The notes below the pieces were generated by a model, which worked only from the letters and a program-made list of their open reading frames with translations, was not told where the DNA came from and searched no databases. A stretch of DNA of 42,104 nucleotides from a virus (lineage: Duplodnaviria > Caudoviricetes). The stretch is from IMG/VR virus record IMGVR_UViG_3300036773_000089, positions 1-42,104 of that record; one strand, given 5' to 3'. The position numbers and the translations under genes were made by a program. Of the stretch, positions 34,315-41,375 are shown piece after piece; position 1 is the first letter of the stretch, and every line of letters begins with the position of its first letter.

Positions 34315-35210
34315 TAGCGACCCACCCCCTCGAGCAGACGGGCGCCCAGGGACAGGCTCGGGTTGGAGTTGAGGCTTAGGCTGCCGTGCCGGTAGCGCAT
34401 CGTCGTCACCGGCGAGGAGTGCCCGACCGCGAGCTGCACGACGTGGAGCTCCGCGCCGTCCTCGAGCGCGTTGGTCACGAAGCTGTGCCGCAACCCGTGG
34501 GGCGAGAGCTCCTTGTTGACGCCGGCGTAGTCGGCCAGGTGACGGACCCGGTCGAAGGCCGTCTGCCGGCTGATCCCGTGGATCGGCACCGCGACCCTCT
34601 TGCTGCGGTCGAGCCTCACGATCAGCGGCCCGGTGGTGCGGCCGTCGAGGTAGGCGTCGAGGACGTCGACGACGCGATCGGCGAGAGGCGTCAGGCCCGG
34701 CTTGCTGCCCTTCCGCATGACCGAGAGGACCCGATGGCCGTCGACGACCCCCAGATCGCCCACAGAGGCCCTCAGCGCCTCGCTCACGCGCAGGCCGTTC
34801 AACCCGAGCAGCGCGACGAGGAGGAAGTCCCGCGCGCTCTCCTCGAGCGCCACGGCGAGCAGGCGAGTGAGGTCCGACGCGCCGAGCCAGGGCGTCGAGC
34901 TCTCGCCGGGCAGCGCCAGGCGGCCGACGTGCTCGAAGGGGTGGTCGACCGTCAGCATCCCCCGCTCGCGCAGGTAGGTGTAGAAGCTGCGGCAGGCCGA
35001 CATCTTGCGGTCGACCGACTGCGGCAGCAACGGCCGCTCGAGGAGGTCGTCGCGGTAGGCGTTGACGTGGAGGCGATCGGCGCGGAGGGCGTCGACGTCG
35101 TGCTCGAGGCACCACCCGAACCAGTCGCGTAGGTCGCGTTCGTATGCCTCGCGGGTGTTGGCTACGGGGTACTCCGTGCCCCACGCGCTGAGGAGCTCTG
35201 CTGGGCTCAT
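34314..35210 (-). CDS. Tyrosine recombinase (XerC/D-like integrase/resolvase), 298 aa
   Basis: Catalytic set GLRVSE, RKG, HGLRH, VGH, TTMRY; SAM-like N-terminus NTREAYERDL; SD AAGGAG. Confidence 0.92.
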   Translation of the reverse strand: MSPAELLSAWGTEYPVANTREAYERDLRDWFGWCLEHDVDALRADRLHVNAYRDDLLERPLLPQSVDRKMSACRSFYTYLRERGMLTVDHPFEHVGRLALPGESSTPWLGASDLTRLLAVALEESARDFLLVALLGLNGLRVSEALRASVGDLGVVDGHRVLSVMRKGSKPGLTPLADRVVDVLDAYLDGRTTGPLIVRLDRSKRVAVPIHGISRQTAFDRVRHLADYAGVNKELSPHGLRHSFVTNALEDGAELHVVQLAVGHSSPVTTMRYRHGSLSLNSNPSLSLGARLLEGVGR

Positions 35211-35254
35211 GGATCTCCTTCGGTTGCCCGGTTCCTGACGCCGGGATCGCGCGA

Positions 35255-35274
35255 GACTACCACCTGTGTACACA
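35255..35274 (-). promoter_or_regulatory. Recombinase promoter (extended -10) with adjacent palindrome
   Basis: TGTGTACACA directly upstream of TGG-TAGTCT on minus strand. Confidence 0.5.
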
Positions 35275-35293
35275 AACGGACGAAGATGCTAGG

Positions 35294-35587
35294 GTGCCCG
35301 CCGTGGAACCCAGGGATTTCCGCCCCACCAAGGAGCAGCTCGCCTTCTACGAGGGTGGGCCGCGCCGCATCGACCTCAACGCCGGCGTTCGGAGCGGCCG
35401 CCGCTACGCGACCGAACTGTGGATCAGGCACACCACCGTCGACGACGAGGAGGCCGAGCTCGCGCTCGAGGATCTCCGCACCTTCGGGATCGCGATGATC
35501 GACAGCAACGGGCGCCGCGTCAAATCCGGCGGCAAACGTCGGTTCACGATCGTCAGGTTCGACGAGGAGCCGCGCCCCCGCAAGTGA
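35294..35587 (+). CDS. Miniature terminase-ATPase-like protein, 97 aa
   Basis: PTKEQLAF...AGVRSGR and IVRFDEEP match this genome's TerL Q-motif/Walker A and Walker B; GTGA coupling to the next gene. Confidence 0.6.
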   Translation: MPAVEPRDFRPTKEQLAFYEGGPRRIDLNAGVRSGRRYATELWIRHTTVDDEEAELALEDLRTFGIAMIDSNGRRVKSGGKRRFTIVRFDEEPRPRK

Positions 35588-35730
35588 ACGGTCTGCGGCT
35601 GATCATCATCTTCTCGATCGCCTTCACCGCCGTCGAGTGGGGAAGCCGGGACGTCCGCTTCGGGGTGACGATCGTCGGCGTGGCCTACGTCGCCTTCCTG
35701 CTCGGTCGGCAATGGGAACGTTGGGCGTGA
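35584..35730 (+). CDS. Small two-helix membrane protein, 48 aa
   Basis: SD GAGGAG and GTGA overlap; LIIIFSIAFTAV and FGVTIVGVAYVAFLL. Confidence 0.6.
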   Translation: MNGLRLIIIFSIAFTAVEWGSRDVRFGVTIVGVAYVAFLLGRQWERWA

Positions 35731-35969
35731 TCGACGGCGAGCAGCTCCACCTGTACGCCGTCGCCCGCACCGCGATCCCGATCGGTCAGCTCGTCCGCAT
35801 CCTCGCCGAGCCCGTCGCCGGCGGGATGAAGATCCTCTACACGCTCGAGACGACCGACGAGCGCCGCGGCGACCAACGCACCTTCGCCATCCTCTCGAGC
35901 TCGATCCGCGGCGTCGACGACAAGCGACTGCGGCTCGAGATCGAAGCTGCCTGGTTAAGCGGCCTCTAG
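35727..35969 (+). CDS. Hypothetical protein, 80 aa
   Basis: GTGA overlap; coding-like codon pattern. Confidence 0.55.
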   Translation: MIDGEQLHLYAVARTAIPIGQLVRILAEPVAGGMKILYTLETTDERRGDQRTFAILSSSIRGVDDKRLRLEIEAAWLSGL

Positions 35970-36149
35970 CTTCTCGCGGCCGCGCGGCGTCAGTCGAAGG
36001 CGGCCGTCGACGTGGGGATCGAAGGCGAGGCCGTGAGCGATCGCGATCGTCTGCTGTTTGGGTTTCGTCTTCCCCGTGTCGCGGATCTCGGCCAGGAAGG
36101 CGAGCGCCACGCCGAGGCGTTCGGTGTCGGTGAAGAGCGGCTCGGGCAT
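35955..36149 (-). CDS. Small winged-helix-like protein, 64 aa
   Basis: ATG 36149; HGLA....RLRLTPRGREKL wing signature. Confidence 0.55.
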   Translation of the reverse strand: MPEPLFTDTERLGVALAFLAEIRDTGKTKPKQQTIAIAHGLAFDPHVDGRLRLTPRGREKLEAA

Positions 36150-36243
36150 GGCGGTAGGGGAACAAAGGCAACGGACGGAAATTGCGAGGTCCGGCGGGCC
36201 GGACACGTTTCGACGTCGGCGCCGAGGGAATCGAAGACGCGAG

Positions 36244-36500
36244 CGGGTCGGGTGCCAGGACTCCTCCCTTCGCCGACCACCGGGGCCATAACTGGGGGCC
36301 TCTCGGGGTCGGTTTGGATCGGGCACCCGGCCCGTCGCCATGAAGAGCGGTCGACGTTGTCCCAGGTTTCCGTCGACTCTCGGGCTCAGGGCGGTACCTC
36401 CACGACTTCGCGCGCTAGCCCCTGGGTCGCCTCGCAGAACGGCGAGCGGCCCGCTTCCCGAAGCCCTCGAGGCGTCAACGGGAAGACGGGCCGGCTCGTC
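36244..36500 (-). ncRNA. Candidate structured non-coding RNA
   Basis: Several long helices and a 6-bp pseudoknot in a gene-free gap; TACTCT -10-like hexamer at 36508-36513. Confidence 0.45.
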
Positions 36501-36518
36501 CGGCGGGAGAGTAGCGAA

Positions 36519-36872
36519 CTACGTTCGAGCAGGCCACCGCCAGGTGCCAGGGGCGATGTCCTCGCCCTCGGGGAGCCAGGGAATGTCCCACTCTTGGTAA
36601 CAGCCGGAGACGTTCTCGCTGCGGCCGTGAGGCGACTCCACTTTGAAGTCCTCGGCACCGCGGCGCATCCCCGGTTTGCCTGCCGTGAAGCAGGTCAGGT
36701 GAACGTGGTCAGGGCTCGAGAGCGCGGGGATATGCCCGAGCTCTACCCCCTTCGGGTTGAGCGTGTCGACGGTCGCGGTGACGATCGCCGGCACGTCGTA
36801 GTCCCCGGTCCTCGAGCGGTAAATGACGATCCGCCCGATCACGAGGCCCGAAGGCGGGGTGCCGCCCGTCAC
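36519..36872 (-). CDS. Conserved phage protein (GRIV.Y...AIVT...GTW.WP family), 117 aa
   Basis: GTGA overlap; recognisable motif string. Confidence 0.75.
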   Translation of the reverse strand: MTGGTPPSGLVIGRIVIYRSRTGDYDVPAIVTATVDTLNPKGVELGHIPALSSPDHVHLTCFTAGKPGMRRGAEDFKVESPHGRSENVSGCYQEWDIPWLPEGEDIAPGTWRWPART

Positions 36873-37045
36873 AGCGGTAGCACCCCGAGCGCGAACGTGC
36901 GCCCATCTTGCATCTGGACGACGATCGACGCGGGCTCGCCGTCGAGGTCGCCCTCGTCGACGTACTCGACCGACTGGAAAGCGCTCGAGCCGGACATCAG
37001 CTCGGCGATCTCCTTCGCCGCCGCGATCAGCTCTTCTTCGGTCAT
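36869..37045 (-). CDS. Small acidic protein, 58 aa (below ORF-track cutoff)
   Basis: MTEEELIAAAKEIAELMSG...LGVLPL; overlaps both neighbours by 4 nt. Confidence 0.65.
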   Translation of the reverse strand: MTEEELIAAAKEIAELMSGSSAFQSVEYVDEGDLDGEPASIVVQMQDGRTFALGVLPL

Positions 37046-37638
37046 GCCGAAGGGGCCGCCGCGACGACCGGCTTGTCGTTCTCGGCCGACTCCGCGTAGA
37101 CGCTGACGCCGTCCGCGTTGCCGCTCGACGGGCCGCCGGCGACGTCGGTCCTGAAGTGGAACAGCGTCTTGCCGTCCGGCGTCTCGAGGCCGGACTCGCT
37201 GAACCCCTCGGGCACGGTGTCACCGTCGACGAGGTAGAGCGGCTTCTCGCTCGCCGCGCTCGTCGTCGGGGGCGTCGGGGTGTCGCCCTGGTCACCGCCG
37301 GCGGGAGCACCGCCGCCTTCGCCCTCGGCACCCGTAGGAGTGCCACCGTCGCCACCGGGAGCCGGGGGCTGATCGGCCGAGCCTTCGTTGCCGCCGCCGA
37401 CGTCGCCGCCTTCGGCGCTGGCCGGGGGTGCCGGCGGTGCGGGTTCGCCCGACGCCGAGACGACGTTGCCGTATTCGATGTCGCTCGGCTGCGTGATCCC
37501 CGGCATGTTGAGGAGGAGCTCGTTGCCCTCCGTCACGGCCACCGACTGCACGATCTGGTCGGACTCGGGACCACCCTGCCCCGGCGTGATGATGTCGACG
37601 GCAGCGCCTTCGGCGGTGCCTCTTACCTTGATCCTCAT
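37042..37638 (-). CDS. Acidic Gly/Pro-rich two-domain protein, 198 aa
   Basis: SD AAGGGAG before ATG 37638; TAAGGT -10-like hexamer upstream. Confidence 0.7.
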   Translation of the reverse strand: MRIKVRGTAEGAAVDIITPGQGGPESDQIVQSVAVTEGNELLLNMPGITQPSDIEYGNVVSASGEPAPPAPPASAEGGDVGGGNEGSADQPPAPGGDGGTPTGAEGEGGGAPAGGDQGDTPTPPTTSAASEKPLYLVDGDTVPEGFSESGLETPDGKTLFHFRTDVAGGPSSGNADGVSVYAESAENDKPVVAAAPSA

Positions 37639-37754
37639 GTAGCTCCCTTCGGAGTGTGGTTGGTGTCGGCGGCACCTTACCCGAGCGGGTGTACACGTAA
37701 GCCTGCCGACCCCGCAAAGTCCGCGAAGACGTCGCGAGGATCCCCGCGACAGTT

Positions 37755-38417
37755 CTAAGCGTCGGTACCAGGTTTGCGCGACGTGTAGAGCTCCCAGGCC
37801 CGCGAGATCGCGCCGGAGCCGGGGTAGAAATCGTCCAAGGTGTCGCGGCTGCAGACCCCGAGCAGTTGGAAGAGCCAGTCGGCGAACGGGGCCGACTTCA
37901 TCCCCGCCAGGGCGCCGGGATGGGAGTGCTGGCGACCGCCCCAGAGGAGGACGTCGCTGAGGTCCTCGACGACGGGAACGGTCCTCACCCGACCGCCGTA
38001 GATCAGCACCGGCTCGAAGGCGTTGAGGGCCGTGTAGCTCTTCGTCGACCGCGGCCCCTTGACCCACACGCACAACCGCGTCCCGGCCGGGCAGAGCGCC
38101 CAGACGTCGCGCAGCGCGGCCGCCGACGTCGAGAGCGCCCAACCGTCGTAGCTCCCCGTGGTGAGACGCGACACGAGCTCGCGGTGATCGACCTCGCCGC
38201 CGAAGTCCTCGTGCCCTTTGTAGTAGCGGCTCGAGAGGCCGGGGTAGGGAGGGTCGGCGTAGGCGAAGCGCATCGGCTCCTCGGCGGCCGCGGCGCGACC
38301 GATGTGCTTGCTGAATCGCTGCTTGGCCTGCCGGCACTTCTTCGAGCAGGTGAGCCGTCCACGTCGACTGCCCTCCGGCAACGGCCCCCTACACCACTCG
38401 CAGATCCTCTCCTCCAT
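37755..38417 (-). CDS. Amino-DNA methyltransferase (m6A/m4C, beta-like motif order) with N-terminal Cys4 finger, 220 aa
   Basis: ADPPY motif IV precedes LDDFYPGSG motif I; CEWC...CSKKC. Confidence 0.75.
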   Translation of the reverse strand: MEERICEWCRGPLPEGSRRGRLTCSKKCRQAKQRFSKHIGRAAAAEEPMRFAYADPPYPGLSSRYYKGHEDFGGEVDHRELVSRLTTGSYDGWALSTSAAALRDVWALCPAGTRLCVWVKGPRSTKSYTALNAFEPVLIYGGRVRTVPVVEDLSDVLLWGGRQHSHPGALAGMKSAPFADWLFQLLGVCSRDTLDDFYPGSGAISRAWELYTSRKPGTDA

Positions 38418-38487
38418 CGGCGGGCAAGCTACGTGTCGCGGCCGACGTCAAACGTCGCCGAGATCCCGACGCGACCCCCAGGAACGA

Positions 38488-38517
38488 CAAAGGCCCCCCA
38501 CCCGAAGGTGAGAGGCC
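38488..38517 (-). terminator. Terminator at the end of the late/lysis operon
   Basis: GGCCTCTCACC-TTCG-GGTGGGGGGCC-TTTG (cUUCGg loop). Confidence 0.65.
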
Positions 38518-38565
38518 GTCTGCCGCATGAACGAGATCCCGAAGGGAGATCCGCGAGGGCTCAGT

Positions 38566-38961
38566 CTAGAGGATCACGATCGAGACGCCGGTCTGTTTGC
38601 CGGCCCCCGCGTATTCCTTCTCGGTGTCGAGCTGCACGACGTGGCGATCGTCGAGGATGAGGCCGCCCTGCGTGAGCCCGTCGAGCACCGCTCGGGCGAG
38701 CTTGTCGAGATCCCCGTCGCCGGAGGGCCAGTCCCATTTCGGATTCTCCGCTCGAGGCATCACGAAGCGGAGGCCGACCTTGTAGGGCGGCGGCAGGAAC
38801 TCACCGCCTGGTAGACGCTGCCCCATCGCCGAGAGGGCGATCGCTTCCACCCACGGCTTGCAACGCTCGCTCGACTCCTTCGACGCACCACCGCTCCCAA
38901 GGAACTTGCGAGAGCCCTTGGGAGCGGGGTGGCCCTTGACCGTGAACTGCGCCCGGTTCAC
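38566..38961 (-). CDS. rusA: RusA-family Holliday junction resolvase, 131 aa
   Basis: FTVKGHPAPKGS, DLDKLARAVLDGL, DDRHVV..KEY. Confidence 0.9.
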   Translation of the reverse strand: MNRAQFTVKGHPAPKGSRKFLGSGGASKESSERCKPWVEAIALSAMGQRLPGGEFLPPPYKVGLRFVMPRAENPKWDWPSGDGDLDKLARAVLDGLTQGGLILDDRHVVQLDTEKEYAGAGKQTGVSIVIL

Positions 38962-39530
38962 TCGGTCGGAGACTGCGGCGCCGCGGGAGGAACGGCCGCC
39001 GCGGGCGGTGACGCTACCGGAGGCTCAGGCGCGTCGACTGCCGGGGCCGGCGGGGTCGGACGGTCCTCGAGGTGCTGATCGAGGAAGCCGGCCACCACCG
39101 TCGCGAGCGACTCGACCCGCTTGGCGACTTCCGCCTCGTTGATCGAGCCGGCGTGAATGTGATCACGGAGCTCCTCGAGCGCCTCCTCGACCACCTGCAT
39201 CGTCCCGAACGAGGCGTACAGGGTGTGGACGTCGGGCGAGTCGGCCAGTTCGTCGAGGGCCTGCTCGAGGTCGCCGTCGACGTTGATCGGTTCGCCCTTC
39301 TGCCACTGGTCGAACCAGCGATCGAGGAGACGGATCGTGATCAACGCCGCCGCACCCATGACGCCGGCGACGACGCCGACCGGCAGGTTCACGCCGGGGA
39401 CGTTGGAGGCGACCGTGCCCGACACCCACACCGACGCGGCGGTGATCGGGCCGGCGAGCAGGATCGCGAGGCGGTTGGGCGGGAAGGCGGCCTGTAGCCG
39501 GTCCCCGATGTAGCCGATCAGTCGTTTCAT
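38958..39530 (-). CDS. Holin-like membrane protein, 190 aa
   Basis: Two N-terminal hydrophobic helices; directly after the endolysin. Confidence 0.6.
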   Translation of the reverse strand: MKRLIGYIGDRLQAAFPPNRLAILLAGPITAASVWVSGTVASNVPGVNLPVGVVAGVMGAAALITIRLLDRWFDQWQKGEPINVDGDLEQALDELADSPDVHTLYASFGTMQVVEEALEELRDHIHAGSINEAEVAKRVESLATVVAGFLDQHLEDRPTPPAPAVDAPEPPVASPPAAAVPPAAPQSPTE

Positions 39531-40366
39531 CAGAACCCTTCGGGGTGGCGGTGGATGGAGAATTCGGCGAGCCGCGCCTCGAGCGTCAGACCCATGCCGA
39601 GGCCGGGGGTGAAGAACGTCGGCCCGTTACCGGCGGTCGGGTTGTCGGAGCCGCCGCACTCCGTGTAGAAGAAGCCGTCGTCGCAACGGTGCTGCTCGAT
39701 CTTGAGCTCGGCGGCCTCGGCGATCGTGAACTCCCACCGCTCGATCACATGCGATTCGTCGGGCTCCCCGGCGATGTTCTTGATCATCAGGGAGAAGATG
39801 CGACCGAAGCCCTCGACGCCGGCTTCGGCGAGGGTGAACGTGGTGCCCGTGGGGAGCGCCGGCTCGAAGTGCTGCCAGAGCCACGAGGCGAGCCACGAGC
39901 AGTCGCCAGGCCCACCGTCCGCCGGCGTCATGTGGCCGCCCCCGAAGACGTAGGCCATGCCCTTGCCGATCAGCACGAAGAGGCCCTTGATCGCCGACTT
40001 CACCGTGACCGGCGTGCGGTCTTCGTGGGCCTTGCGCCAGCGACGGACCTCCGGCTTGCGCTTCACCGCCAGGGCGACCTTCGCCGGGTTGCGCCGGCGG
40101 GTGCCGCGGAGGAGGCGCTGCGCGTATTCGGAGATCTCGTGGTGACCTCGGATGCGCCGCAGGTTGGGTCCGTAGTCGCCGAGGGCGAAGAGGATCAGGT
40201 TGGCGGCGTTCTCCGTGCGCGGGTCGACGTGGCCGGTGACGTCGACGACGAGCCACGGCAGCTTGAGCTTCGTCGCGCGGGCGCGGATCGACTTCTGTAG
40301 CTCGCGGACGTCTTCGCCGTGGTCGCCGCGCTTGAGCTCGCGGTGGACGTGCTGGTTGGGACTCAT
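39530..40366 (-). CDS. Endolysin: peptidoglycan-binding N-terminus plus NlpC/P60-like peptidase, 278 aa
   Basis: LKRGDHGEDVRELQ; YVFGGGH...DCS...HV. Confidence 0.75.
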   Translation of the reverse strand: MSPNQHVHRELKRGDHGEDVRELQKSIRARATKLKLPWLVVDVTGHVDPRTENAANLILFALGDYGPNLRRIRGHHEISEYAQRLLRGTRRRNPAKVALAVKRKPEVRRWRKAHEDRTPVTVKSAIKGLFVLIGKGMAYVFGGGHMTPADGGPGDCSWLASWLWQHFEPALPTGTTFTLAEAGVEGFGRIFSLMIKNIAGEPDESHVIERWEFTIAEAAELKIEQHRCDDGFFYTECGGSDNPTAGNGPTFFTPGLGMGLTLEARLAEFSIHRHPEGF

Positions 40367-41112
40367 TCGCTTCCCTTCGGTAGTAGACCGCCGAGGCCGA
40401 TTTCGACCCCGACGCAGGTGTGTTCAAGGACGCAGACTTCAACATCGGTACCGGACGGTTTGGGGCTCGTGGGAGCGGGCTGCGGCGCTGTTTCCGGCGT
40501 TTCCGTGGAAGTTGCGGGGGATTCGCCCTGTGAGGGGGCCGGCGCGGGAGAAGGGCTTACAGCGCTCGGCGGCTCGTGGGTGGCTTCTTCGGTCGGCCCC
40601 GTGGTGGGGCCGGGATGCTGATGGCCGTGGTTAGACGGCGGCTGGGAGGCATCACCCCCTCCCGTGTCGGCCGAGGGCCCGTGCGACGTCGCGGGGCTCG
40701 GCGACGACGGTTGCGCCGTCGCTCGATCGACACGCGACGGATTGCCGTCGCCTCGAGTCACCTGCGACGTCTCGGCCGGACGCGACGGAAAGGTGGCGAG
40801 CGCCAGGTAGGCGGCGCGGCAGGGTTGGGAGTGGCGGCAGTTGACGAGCCCGATCCTGATCCGTTCGGCGCAGCGTTCGGCGCGGCCGGGGTGGTCGAGG
40901 GATTGCTTGTCGCAGATCGCCTTGCTCACCCGCGTCACCTGCGGTTGGAGGATCTGCACTTCGTCTTCGGCGTGGCCCGACTTCTCGTAGGTGAAGAAGA
41001 CGGCGGCCGCCCCGACCACGATCAGCAACGCGATCACGCCGAAGATCGGCGCCGCGTGGTTGCTCGTCCAGATCTCGAATCTGTTGAGGGGCTTGGGGCT
41101 CGGTTCGGTCAC
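40363..41112 (-). CDS. Single-pass membrane protein with Cys pairs and Pro/Ser/Thr-rich stalk (lysis cassette), 249 aa
   Basis: N-terminal TM (IFGVIALLIVVGAAAVFF) and low-complexity C-terminal half. Confidence 0.65.
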   Translation of the reverse strand: MTEPSPKPLNRFEIWTSNHAAPIFGVIALLIVVGAAAVFFTYEKSGHAEDEVQILQPQVTRVSKAICDKQSLDHPGRAERCAERIRIGLVNCRHSQPCRAAYLALATFPSRPAETSQVTRGDGNPSRVDRATAQPSSPSPATSHGPSADTGGGDASQPPSNHGHQHPGPTTGPTEEATHEPPSAVSPSPAPAPSQGESPATSTETPETAPQPAPTSPKPSGTDVEVCVLEHTCVGVEIGLGGLLPKGSE

Positions 41113-41375
41113 TGCATCACCACCATTCCGATCAGGGTCACGATCACCGCGAGGAGGGCGACCAGCGCAGAGCCCAGCGCCAGCACCATCGCCCTCGCGG
41201 CGAGGACACGTTTGTCAGACTCGTCTTCGCGGCGCTCACGCTCTTCTTTGCGCCAGTCGCGGAAGTCGTCCCGCAGGCCCGAGAGCTCGCGGGTCAGGCC
41301 GCCTTCACCACGGATGCCGAAGACGGTTGCTTCGAGGTCGGCAAGCCGACTGTCGACCCGCTCGCCGGCGGTCAC
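41109..41375 (-). CDS. Small coiled-coil protein with C-terminal TM (lysis-associated), 88 aa
   Basis: GTGA overlap; RLADLEATVFG...MVLALGSALVALLAVIVTLIGMVV. Confidence 0.65.
   Translation of the reverse strand: MTAGERVDSRLADLEATVFGIRGEGGLTRELSGLRDDFRDWRKEERERREDESDKRVLAARAMVLALGSALVALLAVIVTLIGMVVMQ

Noticed and set aside
38426-38451. TTGACG...TAGCTT promoter for the methyltransferase
   Set aside because: The spacer is only 14 nt; the -10 may be real but the pair is not a canonical promoter.
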